Below are positions 10,252-22,810 of a stretch of DNA of 64,000 nt, piece after piece; the stretch's first letter is position 1, and every line of letters starts with the position of its first letter. Source of the DNA: Lama glama (Eukaryota). The notes under the pieces were generated by a model. It was not told the DNA's origin. It searched no databases and worked only from the letters and a program-made list of their open reading frames with translations. Location: positions 3,536,001-3,600,000 of the forward strand of contig CM052818.1 in the NCBI GenBank assembly GCA_028534125.1. Reading direction: 5' to 3'. Made by a program: the position numbers and the translations under genes.

Positions 10252-12999
10252 TGAGGCCTGCCATCTGCTTAGGAGTCACGCCTGCCTGGTTAGGATTCCC
10301 TGATTGTGTTTTTCAAGGAGGATGCTAGATTCTTAAGGAAGCGTGTCTGGGGGGTGAGGGTGGGGGTTGGTAAATGACATTAGAAACACTTGCTTGAAGG
10401 AGGTTGGCAGGTCAGGGGGGAGGGAGATGAAGCAGCGTTTGAGGCTCCTAAGCAGATGTTACCCATTAGCATAGAGAGCTAAGTGGTAGACGATTAATTG
10501 TTCCGTGGAAGAGGCTCCCTGTGTTAGGGAAAGGGTGGTCAGGTAAAGGTGGCTGTCAATATGGCCAGAAACCCCAAGTCTACCTGGAGAAGCAGTTGAC
10601 ACATTTTTTTCCCATTCAGGTCAAAGAGTGAAAAATCCGCTTTGTTTTTTTCAGTGGGTAGTTTGTACTATGGATGAAAACATTAAATCCAGGAACCATG
10701 AAAAAGTGGGAAACTAAGTCAGTGTCGAATTGAAACGCAAGCCACTATGCTTAGGGACCTGATGAGTTGCCTCAGAAGGGACTCGGGGCCGGAATGAGAT
10801 GAAAAAATCATGCAGTTGTCAGGAAAGTGGCAGGTGAAGGGAGTGTGCCTTTGGAACTGCTGTGGGTTTTACACTCAGCTGGAAAGGAGGCTGCGGACTG
10901 TGAGCCTTGAGGCTGAGACCTAAGAGGATACTGACACCCATTTGTGCACTAAGGAGTCACTTGCAAGGAAAATAGCGAACTTTCTCAACACTCTTTAGGA
11001 GAATCTGTAACAGAAAATCTCTCTACCTTTAGGTTTTGAAACCGTGCCTGTGTCAGGAAAACGAGAAAGTGATTGTCATGAACATCCCAGAGGAAATAAT
11101 GTTTTGCTAATTCTTAGCCCTGCTCCAACTTATCAGGGACCTTCTTTTAATTCATTTCCTTCTGCTGCTCACCGCCTACGCTCCAGTATGAAAGCAGTGT
11201 TGTCTTTTCAAGAATTGTTCATAAAAATCCCTGCATAGAATTTAGGACGTCGTTTAGTATGTTTCGTGTCCCTAAAGAAGCATCAAAATACGGCTGGCAC
11301 CCGGCTCCAAAGGTCAGAGGTTTTTCTGACACTTTAATCCAGCACCACATTTATTTAAGGAAATGGAGGCCCAGGGAAGTGTAGCAACGTGCTCAAGGTC
11401 ATGGCTTGTCATTTGTGGAGCTTGGACCAGACTAGGTCTCCTGACTCCTGGCCCGTTGTTCTTTCTGTTGCCCCTCCGTATCTCTCACGTGGATATTTAT
11501 TTGAAACGCTGTCAAGAGTTCTGTGGCAGTGGCAGTGACATATGATTACGTGGGTGTGATCCATGTGCAGCCCATGGACGTTCCCTTTGTGTACTATGTG
11601 CTGTTCTCCCTGTTGTCTTCACTTCAGCAGAGTCCGTAGAGCAGCAGGGAAGAGTTTTAAGGTGCCAGACATCAGCCTCCTTTTCCCGTGCATTTGCGAA
11701 GACTTTGGAACAGAAAGTTTTATTTCCACGCTCAGTCTGCCTCTTCTCTTCCCTTTGACCACCACTTCTTGTTGGACCCTGGTTCTGAAACAGCCTTGTG
11801 ATAGCCTGTCTTTTTCTCGACCTTCTTTGCTTTCACACTTGAGATTGAGCAGGCATCTGGCCAAAAGGTTTCTCTGCAGGATCTTGAAAGTCGTTTAAAA
11901 TTTGGATTATGGTATAGTTTGTTTTCCCCAGTAGCAGATCTTTTCAGAAGAATAGGAATTTGCAAAGTCATTAGCTTCCTTCCCTAGACAAAGCCAGCCA
12001 GCATAGTCAAACTTCCTGACCACCTCTCTTACCTCTAAACCACTGGTAGGATTTGATTTAGTCACACACACACACAGGTTTTCATATAAAGAGATACTCT
12101 GATTCTAGTCTGGGTGATTTCAGTATACTGCCTCTTTAACTTTTTTCTCCAGAAGGATTTGAAATGCTCGTGATCCTGGGGCGGTGGTTTTTTCAGATTG
12201 GCAGATGATCTGTATCGCCTGGAGGCTTAAAAAAAACCCCAGGACCCCACCCAGGTCTGCTGAATCACTCTTTATCATCATTTAGCTATTTTACTAAGTA
12301 CTTTATCAGTGATGTAGTATGTGCTTTGTATATTGGATACTCAATAGGTGGCTTTTGAACTTATCCAGAGCCTGTTGAGAAGACAAAAGGTTTTATTTTT
12401 TAAAAAAAACACAGGGTACTATATTCAGGGCAGCATTGTAAAGTGAATCTCTTTTTCTGCAATAATAAAAGGATGAATAGTGAAAGTCATTCTCTAAATA
12501 TGTTCAGAAACGGCCCATTGAAAATAGACTGGCCCACCTACAGAGTGCCAAATGAGAGCTCCTAAATTGCAGAGAAATGTTTCAATTCAGGGCTTTGAAA
12601 AAGGAAGTAATTTAAAAATGTACATTTATGGTAAATAGGTTGAAAATGGGCACAAGTAAAACACTCTCATTGAGTTAAAAATTGGTTATTTTTGTTAATT
12701 TGTTTGAAAACTCAGTGTCTTTTAAAAACTTGATTATTAAATCACAATGCTAAAATATACATTTGGCTGTCCTTGTCCTTGGGCAGGTGGTGACCATCAC
12801 TTTGCAAATAGACTGAATATAGAAATAGCACATACTCTGCCTGAAAGCTGTTGTGTATTAATACTTATTACCTTCACAGAGTTTGTCTAATTCAGTGTTC
12901 CAGTTTTATGGAAGGGGAAGCTGAGACCAAGGGCGGAGAAGTGGGTTGCTCCAGGTGTACTGATCAAGACTTTTTCTATAAGCACATAATAGTTACCTC

Positions 13000-13460
13000 G
13001 TTAAACTAGCTGAAATGCAAAAGGGAAAATGTTCAAACGATAAGGTGGGGGTGGGTGTCTCATGGACGCTGGGAGCAGGAGTGCAGCTGACTCATGGGAA
13101 GGGTCTGAGATGAGGACCAGGAAGTCTCTCGGGGGGGGGTCTCTGTCTCTGTCTCTCTCATCTCTGCTTTTTCTGCCCCTGCTTTTGGTTTTTCTTCCTC
13201 TCTGCAGGTGGACTTCCCCATTGCATGCATTCATGTGGCTCAGCATGGTTCCTGTACAGCTCCCACTTTCCCTTGTTGCCGTTTAAGTTGCCTGCACAGA
13301 CTTAAACTGGATTCCACTTTTCCGAGAGAGAGAGTCTGATTGGCCAAAGCTTGAGCCAGATGTCCTTACTGGTCCCATCAATGCCAGCAAGGATGAGGGT
13401 GAGGGCATTAGTCACACATGATTGGTAGGGAAATGTCCAGAGAAATGCAAATCACTGAGT
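13000..13460. mobile_element. Old MaLR LTR (MLT1-like)
   Basis: Contains gagagagtctgattggccaaagcttgagccagatgtcc and a pyrimidine-rich core typical of MLT1J/K-like LTRs. Confidence 0.55.
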
Positions 13461-13479
13461 TGGGCAGATGTCCCAAAGC

Positions 13480-14600
13480 TTTCTACTCTGAGGGTACACT
13501 AAGAAATAGTTGTACTCCTGGAAGAAACTGAGGAGGGTTTGAAATAAGGCAATGGCAGTGAGTGTGGGAAGAAGTAAGCAGATGTGAGAGAGATGGAGAA
13601 AAATCAGTAAGCTCTGGTAATTAGTTGGATATTGGGGAGAGGGAGTTGTTGGAGAGAGGAAATGGGGTAGGTGGTGGTCACATTCTCTATAATGGGAAAC
13701 ATGGGGAAGGAGGCTTGAAAGGGTTTGGGGGGAAACATACAGGGCTTGATTTCAGTTCAAACGTGCTGAGTTTGGAGTGCTTATGAAACTTACAAGTGGA
13801 CATGTCTGTCAGGTTAATAGAGAAAGTCACATAGACGGTCCTGGACCTCTGGGGAGAGTTGTCAGTATTATGAATGTGATTAAAAAATGCCCAAATGCTT
13901 AATGGGTGAGCTTGCTTAGGGAGCATTTACAGAGTGAACAGAGGTGACTCAGGACTGAACCCTGAAGAAACACTGGCATTTAAGGAGCAGGAAGAGGATG
14001 AGGAACTCTAAAGGAGACCAAGAAGCAGAGATGTAGAAGAACTGAACGTCTAGTGTCATTTTCTTTGGAAGCCCGAAGGGAAAGTTCTCAATTCAAGAGT
14101 GTCACCAGCAAAAAGTGCTGCATGGCTGTCAGGTGAGACGACATCTGAAAAGCAGTGTCCTGGCGTGAGGCACAGAGCAGGCCTTGGAGAGGGCAGAGGT
14201 TTCTGAATGACTGGGAGGTAGACGGTGGAGGGACAGAAGCCTGGAGGTGGTTACAAATGTCTGCTTGTGAAGGAGAGGGAAAGATGGTAGCTAGTTGGAT
14301 CAAAAAAGGGGTGAAGAAATGTTTTTCCTTTCAAGATCAGAGAGACTTGGAGCCTGTTTAAATACTGCAGGGAGAGGGGCAGTAGAGAGGAATAATTGAA
14401 AATACAAGAGAGGAGGGATAATTTCTGGAAAGAAGTCTTTAAAGGGGTGTGATGGGCTCCAGAGACAGGAGAGGGGATGGAGGCAAGAATGGAGCTGATC
14501 CAGAGAACTTAGAGGAGAGAGGAGTGTGAACGTTGGGGGACACTGGGTGGATTCAGGACTTTTCAGGACTTGAGAACTGCTGGTAGTTTGGGGTGGAGGA
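13480..14600 (-). mobile_element. L2 LINE fragment
   Basis: Purine-rich antisense L2 text such as gagttcag/ttcagttc...gtgctgagtttggagtgc...gtggacatgtc and aggactgaaccctgaagaaacactggcatttaaggagcaggaagagga. Confidence 0.75.
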
Positions 14601-15271
14601 AGGGAGGAGTTGAGGGGCTTTTGGTTTGGAAATTTTCTTAAAAGACGCTTTTGACCCCGAGGATAATTATAGAAACAATAGTGGGTAGTTGTGCTGTACC
14701 AGTGGGCACCCAGTGGGGAAGATGTTATACCTGGGAACAGGATCTCACTGCATTTGAACTCTTGTCTGAGCCAGGTTGTGGATGTGCTCAGCGCTGGACT
14801 CTCAGGTTTCCTTGGCATTGAATCACTAATTGCAATGGAGCAGGCTCAGACCAGTCGGCATCTCAATATTCAGCATGCAGAGAAAAGCCTACAGGCATCT
14901 TTCTGTTCAAAATGTCACTGAAAACAGTCCCCACACCTCCATCACATACTCTTACTAACAAGCCTGTTGGGATGTGTGTCTGGTCCCAGTTTGCCTAATG
15001 CTAACCGTCTTCCACTTCATCCAAAACCCTCTGACTGGCCGTAATTAATTACTGCTTGAAAGCCAAGAGGTAAGGTTCCATGTTCCCTTTTACAGCTCTG
15101 GGAGTGGGAAGGACCTGCAGTGGGTTCTCATCCCACCTCCTCAACACAGGCTTCCCCTCCAGCTGAGACCGTGTTTCCCCGGAGCCTGAATTTCCCCACG
15201 GGGCCTTGGTGAAGATGAAGGTGAAAGAGAGAACCAAGGATGGTGACAAGAATTTGAATTTAAGAACAAGC

Positions 15272-15367
15272 GGGTGGGGGATATAGCTCAGTCACAGAGA
15301 ACATGCTTAGCATGCACTAGGTCCTGGGTTCAATCCCCAGGACCTCTGTGAAGGAAAGAAAAAAAAA
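15272..15367 (+). mobile_element. tRNA-derived SINE (Vic-1-like), short form with A tail
   Basis: A-box-like tagctcagt and B box ggttcaatcc (15327-15336), then an A-rich tail. Possible TSD aagaacaag and aagaataag. Confidence 0.85.
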
Positions 15368-16603
15368 GAATAAGGAAGAGTACCATTCCTGCATCCCCAC
15401 CGCCTCTGTGACCTAAAATGTTAGCCCCACCGAAACACGCTGCTGCCGGGCCTGGGTCCCTTACACCTCCTGGGGAAGCAGTTGCAGTGGGGACAAGGGC
15501 AGGTCTCTTCTTGGTACCCGACCTCCTCTGTGCCACAGTGTTGGTGGCACCCCACCTCCTGCTGTTAGGGTGACTGCAAGGGGCAGGAGAATCGGGGTTA
15601 GGGCCAGGAAGGAGGGAGTGTAACCCAAGCTTTGTAGCTGAATTCCCTCCCACAGACGGGTCTGGAAATGAGCTCCTCCACTTCGCTGGGAGGTAGAAGG
15701 TGTGCTGAAAACTGATGCCCCAGTAGTTACCTGGCACTCTCCCAGACTCTCACTCAGCGTTCCCTTCCTGGGCTTGGGGTGGGTGGAATGGAACCCAACA
15801 GGAAGACTGTCAGGGCACCGTTTCTCCCTCAGGGTAGGGGCATACATTTTAAGGAGTAGCCTGGTTCCTCAGGACAGCACAGCGGCCCACTCTTAAGTAC
15901 GAGGTGCCAGAGGTCAGTAATGGGAAGTTCAGTGAATTCTTTGCTCTATCTCACTTACCAGTAAAATGGGACTTGAGTCTCTGAATGGATGATGGGTAAT
16001 TTGATGAGAAAAATCACAGTAAAATGTGCTGGGGGAGACTTTAGAAGCATGTCGTGTAGGTGGGCTTTAGGAAATGAGCCTGTTAGGCACAGATCCAGGA
16101 CACGGGGCACGTGCCCAGGTTACCGGGGTTCTGCTGGTTACAGAGCGAGCCTTTGGTTCCCCATCGGGTAGACGGGTATAATAATCCTTGCCTCACAGGA
16201 CTGTCATGAGGATGCGATTAGATGATGCATGTGAAAGTGCTTGGCGCAGAGCTGAATCTCAGTGGTGCTATTTTTGGATGTGTCCTAAACAGATGTGCTA
16301 TCAAATAGCTGGAAGATGTGAAGGTTCGATGGAGAACAGGCCACGTGGCCCTGATGCTGTGGAGCGTTACATTGCGTGTATGTTTCTTGCTCTTTATACT
16401 CTGGTTATATTTGTATTAACAACAGAGCAGTTTTCAGCCTGCTGTCCAGGGTGGTGATGCTTCTGTGATGGTTGACTTGAGTTCTTGAGCTCAGAGGCCA
16501 TTTGTGCCTATGTCTGTCACCAGGTAGACCTAGGCCTTGATAAACGTCTCATAAGCATGGTTAGTTAAGCTGATTATTTTAATTCACTGGCATTTGCTTG
16601 CTT

Positions 16604-16950
16604 TTTTTTTCTTTTTTATTGAAGTGTAGTCAATTTACAGTGTTAGTTTCGGGTATATAGCAAAGCAATTCAGTTATACATATATATAAATATATATATA
16701 TTTATATATATATTTTTCAGATTCTTTTCCATTACAGCTCATTATAAGAAATTGAATATAGTTCCCTGTGCTATACAGTAGGCCCTTGTTTATTTTATAT
16801 ATATAATACATATCTCTTCATTCTAAACTCCTAATCCCTCCCGCCCTCTACTTTTCCCCTTGTAACCAGTTTGTTTTCTATGTCCATGAGTCTGTTTTTG
16901 GTTTGTAAATAAAATTTGTACCTTTTTTTTTTTTTTAGATTCCACATATA
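16604..16950 (-). mobile_element. L1 3' end with internal (TA)n
   Basis: ttttattgaagtgtagtcaatttacagtgtt...ttgaatatagttccctgtgctatacagtagg is the antisense of the same L1 3'UTR seen at 48900-49146. Confidence 0.9.
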
Positions 16951-18606
16951 TCACCTGCGTTTTGAATGTGTGTGCATTATGTGTTTATACCACCATGAAA
17001 CTCAAGCATAATTGTTAACGTATAAATATTTTTAAGTAGTATTCTATTCAGGACTCGTGCTCCTATTATGTCAGTCATTGTATATTGTATATTTTAATCA
17101 CAGAAAGTCACTGAAGAGAGAAGTTAGAGTTTTTGGCCGCTCCCATAAATTTCATGCCCAAGGCAAGTGCCTTACCCGCTCTCACCCTAGTCCCAGCCCT
17201 GGTTTTACACCAAAGGCAGAGGAAATTTTCTCCATGTGGAATTGTGTGCATGAGTCAGTCCTTTTGTCCTCCTTCCTGGTCCTTTTTGGAGACTTGACTT
17301 CTTAAGACGCCTCCCAAGTTTTGGAGGACAAGTGTTTCTTTAAAATAAACAACAGAAAGATATAATTTAAGAAAGATAATATATGGTCCGTATAGAAAAT
17401 TTGGAAAAGAAAGATAAGGATAAGGAAGAAAGCAATCATCTACCATCCCATCATCCCTGGGTAACTCAGTCTTAGAAAATTTTTTGCATGTTTCATTTAC
17501 AGCATTTTGTTGCATTTTCTTCTTAGTCTTTTTACTGCTTATGTGCATGTTTACGTAGTTCTTAACTCAGCACTCTTAATTTAATATACTGTGCACATTT
17601 TAACATTAAAAATGTTAAATATTTAATGGCTATATTACATTCTTCTGTATGAACAAACTTTAATTTTTTTAAATCAAATCTTTTCTTCTTGAACATTTAA
17701 GTAACGTCCATTTTTCATGCTTACAGTTTTTTTTTTGTCTTGAGCGTTTTTGTACACATTTTGTGAATATTTCAGATTATTTCCGTAAGATAGAGTCCCA
17801 GAAGTGAAATTTTTGAGTCGGAAGATGTATTGGACTCTTTATACATATTTCCATGTTGCTTTCCTGGCAGTCCCAGGGGACATTCTTACGGATGGTACGA
17901 CTTCTTGCTGATACAGCTTAAGGAATACTCAGCTCTCCTTTCGTGCCCTCTCCTTTCTTTGAGGTATAGCTGTAACAGTCCTGGGTACTTGGCTGGTGTC
18001 TAGTACTCTTACTCCCGGGTCAGGTGGGATCCTTTGTTCTTCAGATCTACTTCCCTTCCTTGTTTGGCATAAACCTCTTGGAACCCTGTGAAATCTTGGA
18101 TTCTCATGGGATCTGTCCTGGCTCCTGGGTGAGTTGAGCACTTGTCTAATGAAGTTTCAGATACTTTTCCCCTAGACTTCTAGCTGACTGACCGCATAAC
18201 CTCTTTCTACAACCCTTTGTTGAGACCCCCCAAGACTGGTTCTTGGAAGACACACCTTTCTCTCTAACCCACATTGCCCTGTTCTGTTTTGGTTGATACT
18301 CATTGTCGATCTAGTTGATTAGCTGATACCCAGTTGGTATCTAAGCTGTTAGTGCTTGGTCTCTGGTTCAGTGAAGCTTGATTTTTTTTTATGCTTGGCG
18401 CCCGAGTTAAGTCTGATCTCAGCCATGCCCAGGGGCTTTACTGCATCACTGGACTCCACGGTTCTGTTTTTCTTCTTGATTCCTAGCCCTTACTTCCTTT
18501 GGAGTCACTCACTGAGTTTCTGTCTCCTTCCTCTGAGGAATGGCAGAATGGAAGGACAGTATGGTGCCTGGGCAGATCTCTCCACTGTGCAGACAGCAGT
18601 TTCACA

Positions 18607-19030
18607 CAGGGCTGGGCCTAGGGTGAGGTCCTCACCTCAATGCAGAATTTAAGAGAGCACCCCAAAACTCAGTTATCAACCTAAAGAGTATTTTTATGTA
18701 ATGTTTAAAAAATAAAAAGGAATGCAAGACAGAACTCTATTCAGGAGCTTGTAATAACCTATAATGAAACAGAAAATGCATATAACTAGATCACTGTGCT
18801 GCACACCAGAAATTAACACCACATTGTGAATCAGCTATACTTCAATTAAAAAATACGAATGCAAGAAACCATGATGAACAGAATTTTCAAATAAAGACCG
18901 TTATCAGTTTAACACAGTGCTGTGCCCAGCCATACTGCAGCCTGAGTCAAAGGAAAAAAACCACTAATACTGACCTTGTGTTTTTGTACCTATGGCAAGG
19001 GCCTCACTCCATTGACCGTAGTCTCAACCC
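18607..19030. mobile_element. MER96B-like hAT MITE containing a nested L1 tail
   Basis: Sequence cagggctgggcctagggtgagg...aatttaagagagcacccaaaactcag...ccatgatgaacag resembles MER96B as recalled. Confidence 0.65.
18730..18856 (+). mobile_element. Short L1 3' terminus with a 10-bp TSD
   Basis: cttgtaataacctataatgaa...tgctgcacaccagaaattaacac...tatacttcaattaaaaaa, flanked by gaatgcaaga at 18720-18729 and 18857-18866. Confidence 0.88.
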
Positions 19031-22000
19031 TAGTTTTGCACCAAAGGCAGAGGAAGGTTTCCCCGCGTGGAATTCAGTGCATTGTTCGGGCCTGGTTGCT
19101 CCAGGGCCCTTTGGAGACTCACCTGCTTGAAAGGCCTCCCCGGGTTGGTCCATGGCAGAGCTCTTTCCTTCACTTGATATGAAAGACTCCCCCCGTCGGT
19201 TCCTTCCCATCTGAGAATAAATCCTCTTCTTTATGAGTGCTTTCCGATGATCCCAGGTAGAAACCATCTTTTCGGCATCTCCAAATAATAAGTAATTTGA
19301 ATGCTGGAGATCTTGTCTCCCCAACTCCCTAACCCCGATCTGTGAGTCCAAGAAAGGTTACAAAGCAGACCATGTTCTCTGTTCAAGTGCCCTGTGTCTA
19401 TCCTTTCCCAAACAGATTTCCCGCACTTTCTTCCTTAGAGCTGTGTATATTAATGCAGGTTCTATTTTAATGTAAATCTAGTTTTTAACAAAAATTTTCA
19501 CTCTTCAAGTGCAATTTTTAATACGCTGTTTTAACACTCTGTTCTGGATGCTTTCTGTTGAAGGAGGCTGTGTAGTTAAAATTATTAAAATTTCGATTGT
19601 ATCAGAGCTCGTGTATTTTATAAACATATTGGCGCAAGGTGTCTTAGGGTCATCGGGTGCAAGGAAGAGAAATTTAATTCAAATTAGATTAAGTCAAAAG
19701 GAATGTGTTGAATAAATACAGAGGAACCTTCCAGAACCCAACAGCAGAGTGAAGGTGGATTTTGTGAGTAGTGGAAAGTTATTACGTGTCTCTCTGTCTG
19801 TCTTTGTCCCCTCGGAGCCTCATAGTCTCGGATTGCAGCTTCTGCCCGGCGTCTGCACTGATCTCTGGACTTTGTTTGCAGACCGCTCTTCTCTGCTTAT
19901 TTGTGAACTTGTGTGTGACTGACAGTAGCTACCAGCCTGGTCTGTACAGCACCTTCTGATTACGATTCCTGAGGTTGTCACTCGGATTCTCAAGGGAGAG
20001 TCTGCGCCAGCTGCCCACTTCTGGCCCAGTTAGCGGTGGCTCGGAGAAGGGGGTCACTTGCTATAACAGATCTAATCATTATTTCAGCATGGGGTGAGGG
20101 GTACAGTAAGCCAGACCAGTGTGTTTCCTGCGGTGAATAAAAACAAAGTAAAATCTTTGCCCTCTGAGAGCATATAGTCCCCGTGAAAGACTGAAATGCA
20201 GGCAGGTGGGCTATAATCAGGCTGAGAAAATAAGGTAGGGATGGGCTTTCTGTTAGGTCAGGGTTCACATAGGAGGCCTGGTTTGAGCTGCACTTGGACT
20301 TACAGCTACTCATTTACTAATTAAAGTGAAGACAGACATTCCAGAGAGGAAACACGATCAAAAGACACCGAGGCACCGGTGGACACTGTCCAGGCCCTTA
20401 GCTCAGTGTGGGCTCCAGGTGATGATGGGCCTCGTATGTCACACTAAGGCTGGGATTTTATCTTAAGTGGTCAAGAGCTAGAGGAGACTCATAAGCAGGG
20501 AAGCAGCATTACTGGATTGCTATTAATTTGTGGACAATCTATTAATCATCTACTATGTATCAAACACTATGCTAGGATTCCAAGAGAAATAAGAAGCTCT
20601 TGTTTGCCATTTGAATTTTCTTTGGTGACTGATTTTTCAAGTGCCCCACCTACAGAACAGTGTTGGCCTTATATACCTTTCATAGTATTCAGAGTCCATA
20701 AACTGGTGTTTAATGGTATCATAAGGTATGTATAGTATACTTTATGTAAAAAATATTATATAAAGCATCATATAGTGTATCATAATCTATTGTAGTAACA
20801 TAAGTATTTCTACCAAGGCAGAAAAGAGCAGGTCCCTCTTTGCTTTAGCCTAGCGAGTGGAGATGAACGTATCACAGGTTATCACGGCACATTTGGTAAG
20901 TGCAGAAGTAGGAGGTACAGGTGAAATGTGTGGTCCTGTGAAAGCCGAGGGGTGGTTATCAGGGAAAGGGAAGAAGAGATGTTAGTTTAACAATCTTAAG
21001 CTCCTTTTATCAAGCAGAGGATGGGGACAGAGTATTCCAGGCAGATTGAATAACGTGTAAATCTCCTGGGAGTAAAGCAGCAAAAGGCAGAAGTTCTGAC
21101 AGCGTGGTGGGAGAGGAGAGAGCGTCAGGAGACGGAGCTGGGCAAGGAAGGCTCACACAATTAACAGCTGGGAGCTGAGAAAATGCTATCCTGCTCTCCA
21201 GGATGAGAGCTCACCTCCTCTCACAACTAGGAGGGTCGGGGCAGAGGAGGAAGACAGGATAAAGCAGATGTGTCTGGACATCAGTTCTAATGAAACCTAA
21301 AGAGCTGAAAACATACATTATTTCCTTTGATGTCAGCGCATGTCCCAGGAGAACACTGCTTAACCTGGCTGCTCAGCTCACATCACCACACTAGAAAATG
21401 CTCTTTCTGGAACAGAGCTAGTTAGCTCTGATCTTCCTACAAAAGCAGAAAGTGCAGAAAATGAAGTAAGCTTTGAAGCATGAACTTAAAGTGGAATGCT
21501 CTGGAATTACTTGGAAGCTGAGACAATGTCTGCTAAACCCTGGCTTTGCTGAAACCCCAGTTCGCCTTTGGAGAACGTGGACCAGTAACACACGTCGAGT
21601 CTTGGTGGACGTGATCAGAGCTAGAGCTCGGGTGTCCGTGGTGGGGGCTGATGCATTCGGGCACAGGTGCCACGCCCCCTGGCCCACCCCAGCTGCTCTG
21701 TTTGTTTGCACACCACTTACTAGAAGATGGCTGGCACCAGGGGCTTGAGGGGTGAGACAATTGATGCCTGAGAGGCTCTCCACTCCTTCAGGTGAGGGAT
21801 GAGGCAGGACTGAGTGTGGGGCTGTTTAATTTCTTTTCCTTCTCAACTGAAGAGGGTTTTTCATTTCCAGCTCAAGTGTTATTTTTGAAAGAAGGGCTCA
21901 CATATGGAACAAGTGGCACTCTGTGACAGCACAGGGATTTCTGGAAAGCTCTCCGGGAAGATGCACCTTGCACGTATTGCCCCGGGATACTGTCCGGTTG

Positions 22001-22169
22001 GCTTAGTCTCGGGCGACCTTCCGTCGTGATTTTTCTGTGGGGTAGACTGCCAGGACCTTCTCTCAAAATATGTTCCTTCTGCCCCAGCCTAGATTCTCAC
22101 CTTCTGCAAAGCTGACACGGTGTAGTGGTTTTGGTTTTGTTTTGTTTTTGGTATCCCTTACGGTGCTAG

Positions 22170-22810
22170 GTGAACTCTTGTGTACCTTCTGTGTAGTGGG
22201 TGACACTGTGCTGGGTGACAGAGGCCACAGTGAGACAGCCTCTGTCCTTGCCCTTGTGTGATTTACAGGGTTCAGGGAAAGAAGTTATCAAACCAGAAAT
22301 CACCTACCTAAGTATTTAATTATACTCCTCATATGGTCCAAAGGAAAAGTCAAGGGTGCTGTGTGTAACAAGGGATGTAACCTGATCAGAAGGGGGTGGG
22401 GGAGCAGGGGCAGCTGGGGGAGGCTGGTCCGAGGAAGTAACATCTAGCCTGAAGCTTGAAGGATGACTTGTAGGAGCCAACCAGGCCAGGGATGAGGTGG
22501 ACAGGACAAAGGGAGAAGCCTACACGGGAATCCTTAATTAAGTAGGGTGGAGCATAAGCAACACTGAGGAAGAAAGAAGACAATTGTGGCTGGAATGGAG
22601 TGAGCAGTGAGAGGCTGTTGGGTACAAATGAGGCTGGAAGGGGAGAGAGATTGCACCCTGTCGCGCAGGGCCTTGCAGGCCACACTCAGCATTTGGAATT
22701 TCATTCTTAGAGGGACGAGATCAGAGGAGTTTCAAACAGGAGAATGCTAATTCAGTTTCTGTTTTTATAAGAGCATCGTGGCTGTCGTATGGAGAATAGA
22801 AAATGGCTCA
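22170..22810 (-). mobile_element. L2 LINE 3' fragment
   Basis: Contains gggccttgcaggccac...tttggaatttcattctt...gagtttcaaacaggagaatg...tggctgtcgtatggagaataga, typical antisense L2. Confidence 0.75.

Noticed and set aside
14300..14818. Longest ORF in the track (172 aa, - strand)
   Set aside because: Largely overlaps a decayed L2 and is S/P/L-rich with no recognisable domain; a chance or relic frame.
15272..15345. tRNA-like sequence with A and B boxes
   Set aside because: It is a SINE head: A-rich tail, multiple diverged copies, and no intact cloverleaf or acceptor stem.
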